DNA of 63,953 bases, counting the filler, from Licmophora abbreviata (lineage: Eukaryota): the NCBI GenBank assembly GCA_900291995.1. It is 10 parts of 10 records of this genome, joined end to end, with 100 filler letters (N's around TTAATTAATTAA, not from the genome) between each part and the next. Parts side by side here need not be neighbours in the genome. Positions count along the whole stretch, not along the records: positions 46,250 to 47,922 come from OLMU01003407.1; positions 48,023 to 61,060 come from OLMU01003408.1; 8 more parts are not named here. The stretch is one strand, 5' to 3'. Shown piece by piece: positions 47,372 to 61,060 of the stretch. The notes beneath the pieces are model-generated. The model did not search any database. It saw only the letters and a list, made by a program, of their open reading frames with translations, and was not told where the DNA came from. A program made the translations under genes and the position numbers. Position 1 is the first letter of the stretch, and the number at the start of each line of letters is the position of its first letter.

Positions 47372-48785
47372 CTAGTATCTGAAGGATGAAAGCTTGACCG
47401 ACCAACCAGATGGCTCGTCGGAGACAGCAGCTGTAGATGCAATGGCTTCCTTCAGTGTGTCGCATACTTGTGACATGGTAGGCCGATCATTCATATCCTT
47501 AGACCAACCTTGGCGAAGCAAATCTTGTAACATTTGGGGCCACTTTCCCTTGACCGGTGGCCTGTGTCCCTCCATCATGACTCGTTTCGTGAGAAGCTTC
47601 AAATCGTGTGCGAGGTCAAGATACGGCAAATCGAGATCAAGCACCATCCATAACAAAATCGAGAAACTGTACACATCCACCCTTTCATTGTAAGGTTCCC
47701 CCTTCCACACTTCTGGAGCCATAAGGGGTAGACTTCCCGTTTTCTTGGTCATTTTGAAGGCACCGTTTTCGAGTTCCGCATCGGCTGGCAGATGCCGAGC
47801 GAGGCCGAAATCAAAGAGTTTGGGCTTGCCGTCTACATCGAAACCGACATTGTCGGGCTTAAGGTCGCGATAGACAATGCGTTGTTCATGTAAGTAGGCG
47901 AAGGCTGACGCTATGTCGTGGGNNNNNNNNNNNNNNNNNNNNNNNNNNNNNNNNNNNNNNNNNNNNTTAATTAATTAANNNNNNNNNNNNNNNNNNNNNN
48001 NNNNNNNNNNNNNNNNNNNNNNCAACGTGAAGGCGTTCGACAAGAAGCCTTTTCCGTTTCGCGATTTGAGCCTGATAGCGACGAGGAAAGAGTGGCGCAA
48101 TGGCCAATTTGTACTTTTGCTGTTCCCAGTCATGAATCTTCTTGGTGAGCGTACCAGAAAGTCGATCGAGTACTATGAAAAAGTCGTGCACTTGTTCTTC
48201 GGTAGAGCAGTCGGAAGCCTTGGTACCAGTAGCGGACTTGGCGTAGAGCTTGATAATGTTGGGATGATCGAACGTGGCCAGCAGTTTGGACTCGATTTCG
48301 ATGTCTTTTGCTGCCCTTTGGTACTTGGTTGGACTGTCGAAATCATCCCGTAGACACTTGACAGCGAAGTGATGTTTGGGATCGGCATTCTGTTTAGTTC
48401 GATTTGCATAGTGGTGACGTTTTTCGAGACGAGCCTCGTCAAAGTCGGAGTCGTTTTCGGCGAAGGATTCCACTTTCTTCACCTCGTACACATCGGCGAA
48501 GGCTCCACTCCCGAGAAGACGCCCATGCTTCACTTCATTGTAGTAGAAGAGCTCTAACTCCTCCTCCTTACTCTTAAAGGAGCTGACAGTATCGGTCTCA
48601 GCAGAAAACGACGGGTCTTCATACTCCAAAGTTGGTATAGTAGGTGAATTGGCATCTTGCTGTGATAAGTCGGCGATAGGCTCATCTTCTGCTGTCGGGC
48701 TTGCGCTCGTTCTCTCTGTCGATGACGATGACGGTGCCTTATGTAGGCTTTTCATCTCCTTCTTCTCTGCCTCTTTGTTCGACAT
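47372..48785 (-). CDS. Protein kinase, TKL-like (interrupted by spacer 47923-48022)
   Basis: LGSGAFADVY, AVK, HPNIIKL, IVYRDLKPDNVGF, LFDFGLAR, TGSLPLMAPE, DVYSFSILLW, RPTM. Confidence 0.92.
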
Positions 48786-49092
48786 GAAGACGACAAGACC
48801 TGCAGCGAGACACGATCCAAGTCAGCGACCATGAAGCATCATCGCTTTGTGCCTTTTTTTGAAATCAAAGTTTTCGAAAGATGGCGATAGGCGACCGTTA
48901 AAATGCCGTTACAGGTTTGGAAGAAGACCGCGTATGATAACTTCCGCGCGATCGTTGCATTCGTCTGTCATCCATCCATCCACTTTCCTAGCTCGACTGA
49001 CTCGACTCAAACTCACGCGAGTCGAGTCAGTCTAATGAACACGAGTGTTACACTGCACGGTTGCTTCTAGTTGTTATACTTTCATATGTCTC

Positions 49093-50852
49093 TCAAGAGT
49101 TTCTTTGCTTCACCTTGACAGGAAAACCTCCTTTCATCGCCATGACTAGCGTCCACCTGTAGTCACCTTTGTGTCCTTGTTCGTCGACAAAATCAAATCG
49201 CGGCAACAAGAAGGCCAGTGCCGTCTTGATTTCCATCAAGGCCAATGGCTTTCCTGGACACAAACGCGGACCGGCATTGAAGGTAGGATACCGAAAGGCC
49301 GAAGGCTCGGTCTTCTTCAAGAAACGCTCCGGCATAAACTCATCTACAGTCTCCCCCCAGTTCTTGTCGCTGCGGTTGATGCTGTTGGGAGAATACATGA
49401 CACACGCACCAGCTGGGACCTTCGTTCCGTCAGGCAAAACGTCCGCCTTCTTGGCGAACTTGAAATCATCCGGCACGGGCGGATGCAACCGCAAGGCTTC
49501 CATGACTACCGCATGCGTGTATTCCAGCTTTTCCACCTCGGCGTAACCGATCGATGAGTCATCCTGCTCTCCACAGATACTCTGTACTTCGTCTCGAATC
49601 TTGTCAGCCACAGATGGATGTTTTGTGAGCTCGTACAGAGTCCAGCTCAATCCTACCGCGGTGGAATCCCGACCTGCCAATACAAAGTTCATAACCAAAT
49701 CTCGTAAATCCTTGTGAGACGGCACCGGCTCCTCAAGTCGCTCTGCTTGCACTAAACACTGTCGAATCAAGTCCGGCCGTTGGTTCTTTCTTCTCGAATT
49801 GGGTGTTCCCAACTGCTGCTCCATGCATGCCCGAACAACAATGTCATTTGCAAACCGATCAATGACCCTCGCCTTTTGTCGAATCAATCGTTCACGCTCG
49901 CCCCAACAAAAGTATTGTTTGACTTCCCATAACAAGTCATTGAAACGTTGCTGTTCATATTGAAAGTAGGAGCGGTAGAGTCAGCAGTAGGATCACCGCA
50001 CATGCACACCGACGAAGCTCGACGCACACACACAAATTCATCAGGACACAATGAGAATGATGGATACACACTGCTTACATGACAAAGATACTGCAAGTCG
50101 TTAAAGGCGACCATGAAGCTGTCGTGGGCCTCCTCTTTATCATCACGTGCCTCCAGGACAGTGTTGAGCTCGACGCCAAAGGCCATTTTGACAAAGACAT
50201 CGAGCACCATGCGGTAGCACACGTCTTGAAAGTCAATCGTCTCATCTTTACTACTCGCATCGTCCAAGAGTCCCTCCACTTGATGGAGTTTGCTCTGCAA
50301 CAACTCACTAGAATAATAGACCGTATCTTTGCTCATGATACTAGTAATCAACTTGCGATGCTTCTTCCATACGCTTCCATCGGCGGTAAAGATGCCAGTT
50401 CCCAAGAGTTCTTGCAAACACTTGCGTGCCACTTTTCCTTTTTCGTAATTGTCAAAGTTATCTCTCAAGACATGCTGCAGACACTCCGGAGACACAATGT
50501 TGAAGAAGGCTCCTCCAAAGCCAATATTGAGCGACGGTCCACCCCAGGTTTGAAAACGGTACTGGCGACTCAGCGTCAGTCCGAGCGTGGGCCAGTCGCT
50601 CCAGGTGAACTCGCCCTTGTCAAACATTTCACTTTCTGTCCCGAAGGTGACTCCGAGGTAGGGAACTCGTTTGGGACCGGGCACGCTCTCGTCCACGTGC
50701 TGTGGACGGATCCAGATGTAGACGAGGAGGAGGAGTAGGAAGAGAAAGCAGGAAGCGTACAAAAGGTACAGAGAGAAGGTCGACACATGAGCTAGAACTG
50801 CAGACTTGTCCACCTGCTGCAGGCTCTCCATCATCGTCGCGGGGCTCGTCAT
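49093..50852 (-). CDS. Cytochrome P450 (CYP86/CYP704 clan-like)
   Basis: N-terminal TM anchor and PGP hinge, intron 50078-49951, LLGTGIFTADG..WKKHRK, AGRDST, EALRLHPP, PERF, haem motif FNAGPRLCPG. Confidence 0.93.
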
Positions 50853-51557
50853 GGGCGACACCACTGTACTACCGTTCCTTCACGTGAGACGAAAACGACC
50901 GAGACTTCACCAATTCTTTAGACATGCGTTGGCTGTGTCATGAACACAGCACAGGTTCGTCATGGTATAGGTACATGTACACGCCGGTGCGTCAAAACCA
51001 CGACTATGCCACGCGCTGACAAGGAATGGCAAGTGTACAACATTTTCTTCAACCGTTAACGGATGCGGTTATATCGTCAATAATTGCTTAAAAGATTGAG
51101 TCGTGGGATGGTGGATGGCATCTGAAAAATTAAAACCAAGGACCCGAGACAAGGACACGTTTGTGTATTGTCGCGGATCGAAACGATCATTGGAGAAGGA
51201 AGGCTTGTTTTGTTTTTCGGAGGGATGCGAAGGAAGGAGGACGAAGTCGGAAGTGCAAAGTGACGAATCGAGTGATTCCCCTGTACTGTACCAGTGATGT
51301 TCCATATTCCATACCTGGTACTCGAGTACGATACATGGAGGTTCTGACCGTCGTGAACGATAAAGGAATCTGGAGCTTCAAAATCATGCAATTACCAAGA
51401 GACCAGAGGCACCAGGAGCCACCCAAAATTTGGCGCGCCCTCTCTCCAATCCAAAAATCTCGTCACTTTTTTTCTTGTGTTCGATAACACGACGACAGAT
51501 ATTACAAGTCCTTGTTGTATCTAAGGTGTTGTTCTGGAAGCGACAAAAGTTCCTCTG

Positions 51558-54500
51558 ATGAATCAAGAAGAGACTTCTTTTCCTCGTGGAGGAAAGCCGA
51601 AGCGTACTTCGGACGAGAAACATCAAGACAAGAAGCGTCCTGCTTCCGAGTCCGTCGTACCGCAGTCGGATTTTCTCTTTGGCCGTCACAACGACGCCGA
51701 CGGCTCTCATACTGGGCAACAGCGGAGACAAAAGAAGCGACGCAAGTCTGGCGGTGATACTTCCACTAGTACTTCTCTCCTTCCTATCGGAGGCGGCGGT
51801 GTCGTGCAGGTGTCTTCCAAAAACAATAATGAACCTGTCATTGAGGCACTGAGTTTTGGAAAGCTCTTGAAAGGAACAAAATTACTGGGTATTGTGCGAG
51901 ATGTGCTTGAGGAATATGCCGTCATTTCGCTCCCTAATTTACTGACCGGGTACATTCTGAAGCGAGAGGTGAGTAAAGACGGAGAGAGGGAAGTGACATT
52001 AACATGGTTGATCCCTCCCTATTGCAGAGAGCTGACACTTGCCATTATTGTTTCCCACACAGAACGACCCCATTCCACTGACACAAGCCTTTTCGGTTGG
52101 CCAAGTTATGAGTGTTGTTATTGTCAAGACGGCTGTCGAAAGCATTGCTGGTACGCATGGCAATCAGAAGCAGTCGCAAACACGCCGTCGCATTCAAGTA
52201 TCCGCACTTCCAGGCAGCGTCAATACAAGCGGCATCGGCAGCAGCAATGCACTGCGCGGCCGCATCCAGTCGATTGAAGATCACGGATGCTTGGTTGACC
52301 TGGGGCATGGACGCAAAGGTTTTTTGGCATTCAGTAACATTCAAGGACCGTACGTGTTGAATGATGATCAAGACGACGAAGAGACTTGTGACTTGAGTGG
52401 CGGCCCTCGCCGATGGATCAATGTGGGACGACTCTATGACTTTACGAAATCCGACGCTCCTGCTTCCTCCTCTGTGTTGCCACTGTCGCTTCCCGCCACT
52501 GCCACCTTGGCACGAAGCAGCGTGTCCGTCTTGCAGAAAAATCTCACGCTAGCCTCACTTGTACCCGGCATGCTCGTCCAAGCCAAGGTGGAAGCGACAG
52601 CCCGCAATGGCTTGTGTGTCAGCTTCTTGAACAATGTCTTTCGCGGTAGCATTGAACAGTCCCATGTGGGAGGGTACTTTGTACCTTCGAGCAAGAATAC
52701 AAAGGAGTGGACTCAGCATGCCGAGGAAGTCTTTCTGCACAAGACACTTCCAGCAAGAATTGTGGCGGTGGATGTGGCGACCAAGGTGATTCGCTTGTCG
52801 CTTCAGCCACATCTGTTAAATCTGGTAGCACCGCATGTAGAGTCGAGCATTCCACCAGTGGGGGCAGTGGTGGAGGAAGCTACTGTGGTGCGACTGGACC
52901 CGGGTGTTGGAGCATTGCTCGCGCTACCAGACGATGACACTATGGAACACAATGATGATGCGGATTCCAGCAATGTCAAATTGTGGCCGCCCTTGTCCAA
53001 AAACGATGCTTACGCACAAGCAACCAACGTGCGAGCCGCCTACTTGCATATTTCGAAAGCAACGGACGGTCGCACGGCCGAATCTGTGTTTGCAAAGGAC
53101 TTTGCCCCGTCGACGAAACACACGATTCGCATATTGAGTACCTCTCATTGGGTGGAAAGAGTTGCATCCTGTGCGACTGCGAAGAGTATCGTAGAAGCAC
53201 ACGTCTTGACACACTCGGACTTGATCCCTGGTAAAATCTATCGACAAGTGCCAGTCTGCGGGCTGTTGGATGGGGGAAGTGTTCTAGTTGACTTTGGCAT
53301 GGGCGTTCGCGGTCTTATTCCGCAGCAGCAGTTGTTTGATCAGTCGCTCAAGTCGGAGTATCGCTCCAGGCTGCGGAAGGAAAAATATGCCGTTGGCGCT
53401 AAAGTCGACGTGCGCTGCTTGTCGGTGGATGTGGCAGCAAAAACTTGTTTGTTGACGGCAAAAAAGAGCTTGCTGAAGGCAACGGATGCCGTGACGCAGT
53501 ACGAGGGCCTGGTGAAAGGGCAGCAAGCAACCGGATATATTTCGAAAATGGACGATCGTAGCCTGTATGTGACGTTCTACAACCGAGTTTATGGACGAGT
53601 CACAGCTCGCAGTTTGGCGGCAGATCTAGGAGTCGAAGACCATCGCGAGCAATACAACGTTGGAGATATCGTGAAATGTCGGGTCATCAATTGTCGGAAA
53701 CGAGATGGCAAGGCTTCTGCGGGCGAAGACGATGAGGATGATGTAGGCGAAAGCCAGAGTGGTAGGAAAAGAGAACACTGGGAGCTCAACCTTACCCTCA
53801 ATTTGCACAAGGGGGACGATAGGGGTTCCACTGCAGATGCGGCAGTCGCGTCTCACGAGTCAGAGAATGTCGACCTCAAATCCGGAGCGATTCTCCCACC
53901 CAAGTGCATGCGAGTCGTAGAACTTGTTCCAACTAAGGAAAAGAAGACGCGGGGATACATTCCGGGACACGCGATTGTCAGCATCAAGGCGAAGTATATG
54001 CTTAGCGATGAGAACACTCATTCCCTTCCGTACGTCGAGTGCAAGCTTCCATTCGACCAGCTCTTAGATTCTTATTCTAGTGATGAGATCGAATCAGCAG
54101 AAAGTCTGGACAACCTTGCCAGAAACACTCTAACGGTGGGAAAAAAGATCCACCAGCGAGGTCTTGTGATTGCCGACCCGAAGAAATCGGTAGACGAGTA
54201 TTCCAGCGGCCTTGGGCGTCTCCCGATTGTGTCCCTCAGGGAAAAGCTTGTTGCCACAGCCGATGCCCTGGCTTCCGGTGAAAATGGACCGACCAGAATT
54301 CTTTTGCCGAACGAAGATACTCATCTCTTCATGGGCGCTTACGTCCAGGGCTATGTGACTCAGATCCACCCTCGTCATGGTTCTTTTGTCAGGTTTCTGG
54401 ACAAAGTCACGGGATTGGTACCCAAGCTGAAGAATGGTCTGACGCTGCCAAAGTATGGTACTGTAGTTTGCCGCGTTGTTGCCTTGGACGTTTCCACCAC

Positions 54501-57500
54501 ACCCATGAAGATCCTATTAAAGCCAGCCTCCGCTGTTTCCATGAGCACAAAGGCCGACAAAAAACCAAAAGAAGGGGAGCCTCCTAGCTTTAAACCAGGC
54601 GATCCTGTTGGGGTTGCTCAGGTGGTCTCTCGAAACGCATCCCGCGTCCGAGTGGAGCTGCTGGATCCAAAATTTGGTAACGGCAGCAAGATTCGTGCTC
54701 GGGTGCACGTCACGATGACGGACTGTCCACCTTTCCCGATCCCATCGGGCAATTCGAAAGAGCGCAAAATCAGCAGCCTTTCCCGCGACCATCCATTCTA
54801 CAACTGGAAGAAGGGGACCAAGATTTCTGGCCTTGTTTGTGCCGCTGTCGACGTTCGCAAAGGTGTCGCTTTTTTGGAACTGACGAATAGACTTGAATCA
54901 GAATCTGTTCCTTCGAATCCTTCTCCTTTCATTGAGAACCCAGCTCAGTTGGAACGTGGAATGATGGTTTCTGCCTACGTTACTAAAGTACCGAAGAGCA
55001 ACGCAGGACTTTGGGTAGAGCTCTCCCCGGGCATAACAGGCTTCATTCCGAGCCTCGAGGTATGCAGCAACGCACGTATTCTGAACAATTTGAGTCGTCA
55101 TTTTCCTGTGGGTGTCAGAATCGACTGTTGCGTTCTCGACGAGAAATCGAGGCAAAGACACCGAACAAGCACCCCCTACGGAATGTTAGGCAAACTACGC
55201 GAAGGGCGAGATCGGACGAGTGATGTGGTATTCCTCTCTGCTTTTCTCACTAAAGACAAATCTTCGTCAGAGGACTTAAAGATGAAGAAGCCGGTTCGAG
55301 GAGACTTGGTGGTCGGTAGAATCAATCGTCGAGCACTGCAGCACCGGGCACCAGCACTCATGGTAGACTTGCGGGGAGGGTTCGCGGGCCGTTGCTGTAT
55401 CACCGAACTCAACGAAATGGACGATTGGTCCAACATGCCAATAGGACGAGCACAGAAACCTTCTATCGGGACCTCAGCGTCCCCAGACAAGGCCGTGGTT
55501 ACTGACGAGGACGAGGAGCACGGCGGTGGCGACGCTGGGAAGGATAAGATGGAGATCGACGAAGGGTCTCACGAGGATACAGATCAAGGCCGTGATGATG
55601 ATGATGAAGACGAAGACAGGATGAGGTACGTCAAATTGAGTCCATCGACAAGCACAAGCGGAACGGTCGGCTCTCGACAATGGCCGACTGTGAAGTGGCA
55701 CATTTTGCCGTGCAAAGATCAACTCATAGATCGGTTGGTGTGGCGAGGCCCGATGCGATTCTACTGCGGGTCGCAATGAAATACTGATCTCATTTTTCAA
55801 ATCTCATTTCTCATGTTTCTGTTTCATGCCTTGTAACGCAAGCAGTGACGACGATGAGGATGCATATTCTCATGGCACCTACGTGCAATGCCGGGTCCTT
55901 GCTGGTGTACCCTCTCAGCCATTAGTAGAGGTCAGCCTACGATCGAGTCGGCTCGAAGGAGACCTGGATGATGATGAGCTGCCTGAAGTCAGAGATATGG
56001 TGCAGGGGTACGTTATTGATACCAACAAGAAAGGTTGTTTCGTACGACTCGCCAGATGTGTCGAGGGAAGAGCGACTCTCAAAGAACTGTGCGACGGCTT
56101 TCTCCCTGACCCGGCCTCATCCTTCCCTATGGGACGGCTTGTAATTGGCAAGGTGAAGAGCGTCCAGGAGCAGAAGACAAGCAAGAAGAAGAAAAAGGGA
56201 GTAAAGGATTTTGTCAAGGCCACAGTTGATCTCGATATGAGGGAATCTGTTTTATTGGAAAGTCAAGATAAGGCTCTCTACGATGACATCGAGATTGGAA
56301 GCAAACATAGCGGAACTGTGACGAGGCTGGAAGCGTATGGTGTGTTTGTCAGACTCGAAAACAGCGATGTTTCTGGTCTCGCACACAAAAGTGAATGCAG
56401 TGACGGCTACATCAAGAACCTTGCAGGTCTTTATGATCCAGGGGATCTTGTCAAGGTGTTGGTGCTCAAGAAAGACACCGAGCGAAAGACCATCGGCTTT
56501 AGCTTAAAGGCCAGTCACTTCCATGACGACGTCGACTCTGACGACGAGTCCTCAGTCGATGACGACAGTAGCGATATGAATGAGGACGCTGCCGATGCCC
56601 TGGTCAGTGATGGAGAAGACAACGTGGATGAGCTCGACTCGGACGATGAGAACTTTGTTACCAAACTAGCACATAAAAGTCTTGCTTCCGGAGACCAATC
56701 CGGTACATCATCTAGTGAGGAAGCCTCAGATGACAAATCTGAGTCTGATGGAGCTGAGAGTGGAGACGAAGCCGAAGCAATTGACACAAATGTCGGATTT
56801 GATTGGGGTGCTGGCGGGGTGTCTATTGGTCAAGGCAATGAAGAGGATAACCTGTCAGGGGACGATTCAGACGATAGCAATGATGAAAGCGACGAAGACA
56901 ACGGCGATCTTCCTGGCAAGACAAGCCACAAGTCTCGTAAGCGGGCAGCCGCTCGACGTCAAGAGGAACAAGAGATTTCACGGCGCGAGACGGCGCTTGC
57001 GGACGGTACTGCAGATGAGAACCCAGAGACAGCAGCAGATTTCGAACGCCTCCTTGCCAGCGAGCCCAATCGGTCGGAGAACTGGATCCGATACATGGCG
57101 TACCATCTTTCACTCGCTGATGTGACGGGTGCGCGCGGTGTTGCTCAACGTGCGTTTGATCGCATTGAGTTCCGACAGGAAGGAGAAAAGCTCAACGTCT
57201 GGACTGCTCTTCTGACGCTTGAACTCAAATACGGTAGTTCAAAGAGTTTGCAAGAAACTGCCGATCGAGCTTGCCAGCACAACAACCCTAAGCAGGTGTA
57301 TCTTCGGCTCTGCGAGCTTCTTGAAAAGGAAGTGGACAGTACGGGCTCGTCACCTGAAGCGACTGCCAGAGCCGACGCAATGTACCAGAAAATGTGTAAG
57401 AAATTCAAGGGAAAGAAGACTGCCTGGATTTCCCATCTGCACTACTTGGTCAAGAGTGGACGGCACCAAGAAGCCCATGCACTACTCAAACGAGCGCTTA

Positions 57501-57847
57501 CTAGTCTTCCAGAGTACAAGCACGTGGAGACTATGTCCCGATTTGCCCAGCTTGAAATGGAGCATGGAAGCATGGAACGTGGGCGCACGCTGATGGATGG
57601 ACTTCTCGCCAAATATCCGAAGCGACTCGATTTGCTGTTTGTTTACGTGGACAAGGAAGTGAAAGCTGGCGAGATCAAAGCAGCACGGACGTTGTTGGAA
57701 GGTGCCTCTCAGGGAAAGAAGTTGAGTGACAAGCAAATGAAAAGTTTGTTCAAGAAATGGTTCCGTGTCGAGCAGGAGCATGGCACAGACGACAGCCGAG
57801 AATATGTCAAGGACGCGGCGCGAGCCTACGTCGAGCGAACAAAGTAG
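51558..57847 (+). CDS. RRP5: rRNA biogenesis protein RRP5/PDCD11 (S1 repeats plus C-terminal HAT/TPR)
   Basis: N-terminal FPRGG, multiple S1 domains (SIEDHG.LVDLG, EAYGVFVRLENSDVSGLAHKSE), acidic linker, DFERLL..PN.S..WIRYM, REEGEKLNVW-like motif, ERGRTL..GLL..YPKRLDL. Introns 51969-52062 and 55626-~55842. Confidence 0.95.
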
Positions 57848-57922
57848 GAGAGGCATGCCATCATACTCATAGTAGATTGAAGGAAACCAGTTAAAATAGG
57901 ATCATGAGGACCGCGTCAATAT

Positions 57923-59737
57923 CTAGATTCCCTTCGTCTCCAAATACTGTGCAACTCCATTCTGCCATGCGTGAGACAAGAGCCGCAATTCACGCCCCCT
58001 TGGCGTCCCTGCATAAGCGGCGATATCTTGATTGAGCGCAGTCTTCGTTTCTTCGTCTAGGTTGAGCATTCGCAATGGATGACTGCACCACATGCCAAAC
58101 AGGAACAATAGAAAGGTCTCGCGGTCCACGATTCGTCGACGAACACTTCTTGCAAAGCTTACAAGCGCCTGTCCCTTTCCTTGGGACTCGAGAACTCTTT
58201 GCAGTCTATCAAACCTTGCAAACTCAAGACCAGCTAGAAGGACGTCATGGTCAGTTTGCACAGTTGTAGCGCCATCGTCACCCGAGCTTTGCGCGACAAA
58301 CTGAAGAAAGGAAGCCGGGGCAACCCGAATAGCCTCCAGCAAAAATATCTTGTCTTGTTGTAGAGTCTCTGCTATCCACTCCACCGTTGATATTCTGGTC
58401 TTCAATTCTTCATCATTCACAAGAAAAGCGAGACAGATATCTCGATCCGCATTGTGATGCCCCGAAAGCCCTCGAAATAGATAACCCCCATTTGCCGCAT
58501 ACGCTCGCAAGACATCCAATCGCCGAAACAATCCCCTGGGACAATAGCGCACTGCCGCTGTCGGATCAAAGTCCCCTCTATGCATCAGCCGAATTACCAT
58601 TTCAGGATCTTCCAGCTGCTCATCATGCGGAATCCGTTGCAGCAGTGTGTTCGTGCTGGCGTTTGTCAAGGCAAGCGAGTATATGGCACGCTGACTGGCA
58701 ATACCAGGGGAGACACTATCATAGGACACACCGTTTCTCTGAACAAACAAGGGTGCCACTCGACTGTTGCTTCGGAGTTCAATACTGCAGTGACCAAAGA
58801 TTATGGGTGCCGTCGCGGAATCACAGACCGCAGCGCACTCCAGCATGGAATCTTCCTCATGAAAGAGCATCTGGGCTTGCTGACTCACTTCATAAATAAG
58901 ATAGCGGGAAGTATCATCTCCTGGAATGAAACGATGCTTCTTCAAGACCTCCATTGCTACGCCTCGATCCTCCTTTAAATAGACAGGCAGATCCGAATAC
59001 AGTAGTGTGTTGCAAGACACGGCATCTTGAATGAGACGACGTTCCGAGCGAAATTGTGCTGGTACATCGTGGTACATCAATCCATGTTTCAAGGCCTCCA
59101 AGACGATCTCTCTATCATGTCGCAGTTCTGGAGCAGTCAACTGAATCATCTGACCCGCCTTGTTGTTGGAAAGAATGGACAAGATGAATTCTCGGTCGTG
59201 TCCGAGTCCATCCGCCACAAGCGGCCCACAATACAGGAACGAGTTCCCGTCATTTGCACACGCCAACCGGACCACCCGTTCGTCATTCCGAAAGCAAGAG
59301 GAGCAGTACTGTAGATTGGTTCCCTTCGCTGCCAGTGCCCCCGAGACTATGTCCTCTCGATCTCTCCAAAACGACGGCAAGAGACGAAAGGCTTCCGAGT
59401 ACGTACGTACGAGGTGCAGGACGAAGCCCCGGTCCTGCTCGTGGCAGGTGGACGACAGGAGCTTCTGCAAGATACGAGTCGCGTGAAAGTGCTTCCAGTC
59501 GTCCTCTCGTTCGAGAATCGCCCATCGGACCTGGGCATCTCGTAGCAGGGAATCTGGGATGCGATCCAAGAGAAGCAAGAGCGACGACGAGAGCGAGTCT
59601 GGAGAGGTGGAAGTGTCGTCCGTACTTTCGGTTGTCGTACCCGGAGCAGCAAGCGCGTTCAAGACAGAAGCCTTGTCCTCGTGGGAGATACCAGAAAGTA
59701 TAGTGTCGCCTTCTTGGGGGCGATGATGAGAGTCCAT
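57923..59737 (-). CDS. DUF4116-like repeat protein
   Basis: Tandem ~25-aa repeats of the type LR.DREIVL.A....G..L.Y.S..  Intronless ORF of 604 aa. Confidence 0.75.
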   Translation of the reverse strand: MDSHHRPQEGDTILSGISHEDKASVLNALAAPGTTTESTDDTSTSPDSLSSSLLLLLDRIPDSLLRDAQVRWAILEREDDWKHFHATRILQKLLSSTCHEQDRGFVLHLVRTYSEAFRLLPSFWRDREDIVSGALAAKGTNLQYCSSCFRNDERVVRLACANDGNSFLYCGPLVADGLGHDREFILSILSNNKAGQMIQLTAPELRHDREIVLEALKHGLMYHDVPAQFRSERRLIQDAVSCNTLLYSDLPVYLKEDRGVAMEVLKKHRFIPGDDTSRYLIYEVSQQAQMLFHEEDSMLECAAVCDSATAPIIFGHCSIELRSNSRVAPLFVQRNGVSYDSVSPGIASQRAIYSLALTNASTNTLLQRIPHDEQLEDPEMVIRLMHRGDFDPTAAVRYCPRGLFRRLDVLRAYAANGGYLFRGLSGHHNADRDICLAFLVNDEELKTRISTVEWIAETLQQDKIFLLEAIRVAPASFLQFVAQSSGDDGATTVQTDHDVLLAGLEFARFDRLQRVLESQGKGQALVSFARSVRRRIVDRETFLLFLFGMWCSHPLRMLNLDEETKTALNQDIAAYAGTPRGRELRLLSHAWQNGVAQYLETKGI

Positions 59738-60377
59738 CCTGAATGACTATAAAATGGGGGTCCCTGAAAGTTCTTTGGCAGCGCGGGAATGGCGCGAAAT
59801 GCTTGTTTTGGTGTTTCGTCGCTGATGCAGCTTCTCTTGGGCTCACTTTTTCTCTACTACCAAGAACAATACTTAATGATACTCAAAATACACAGAGAGT
59901 CAGTTTGAAAAGATGCACAGCCTTTGCAGTAGCGATTGCACAGTGTAGCCGCTGCGATATTGTGATGTGATCATCGCCACACACTGTATCATATTCGCCG
60001 TCATCGTGCTTCGAGCTCTGTGGCGTGGGAGCTCACGACTTGCGCCGGTCCTCATCCACGACATCGTCCGCCTCTCTGCTATCTTCACATACTAGTACCA
60101 CTCTCGTGCATTCGTAGAAGGCCTCCGTTCTTGCCTTTTGGACACACACGGAGCGCATCTGTCGGGAACTGGAAGGACTGTAGCGACCTTCGTGCTACAG
60201 AAATGTTCGGTTCGACTGTCGCAGAGAGCTCTCTCTCTCTCTCACTCCATGTTCTGCTCACTACGAAAGTGTTGCTACGAACAATATTATGATACAACGT
60301 AGTAGACCTGCAGCCTACAAAAGAATGTATGCATCGCAAATAACTTGAAACTGTTAGGAATGTGGTCGGTCGTTGTT

Positions 60378-61060
60378 TCAGGCGCCCTCCGTGCATGGAG
60401 GTAGAAACCTCGGAAATGGTCGTTCTTCCATGTCTGGACCTGGATTCTCATCTAATAATGCATACAGCTCATCATTGTACGGCGCAAAGACTTGAGCAAG
60501 TCTCTTCTGGGCAGCACAAGACGGAGGTACAGCGGTCTTGGCGCGACCACTGTTGGGTCGCCCTTCCGGTACTGCAATGTCCCCGTTTGCTTCCAAGCCA
60601 AGAAAGCGGTGAATGCGTCCATAAAACAACCGAGGGTTCGACTCGAGCTCATCATAGGACAAGAGTAGTATTTGCCTTCGATCGAATCTTGCAAACCATC
60701 GTCTCAGATGTACCGCATACACACCATAGCCAAAGGACACCCTTCGTTGCTTCCGATCGAGGAGTGCACACCACCTCTTCAGCCGAGCGGCCCATCCACG
60801 AGGGACAGTATCTGGAACAACATAATCTTCAAAGGTTCGAATGTTTCCTCCCCAGTCGATAACTCTCTTTAGCCAGGAGTCGCGATTCCCCCGTTCCACA
60901 CTCCTCACGAGATGGTTGTACATGGACAGTTCCCTTGCTACCGGTTCTCTGAGGGTAATAATGATCTGAAGCTCATGTGCCGTCCCATGCTGGTCGTAGA
61001 TCCGTCGAACTCTGTCTGCATGAGGCAAGTAGTCAGGAGTGGCATCCAGAATGTAGGTGG
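60378..61060 (-). CDS. Sulfotransferase (heparan-sulfate 3-O/N-sulfotransferase-like), 5' truncated by spacer
   Basis: DATPDY, LREPVARELSMYN, GVYAVHLRRWF..FDRRQILLL, IHRFLGL, FAPYNDELY. Confidence 0.8.

Noticed and set aside
35833..50852. Sterol dehydrogenase plus P450 as a biosynthetic gene cluster
   Set aside because: 12 kb apart, separated by unrelated genes and several spacers. The P450 resembles fatty-acid hydroxylase clans, not CYP51.
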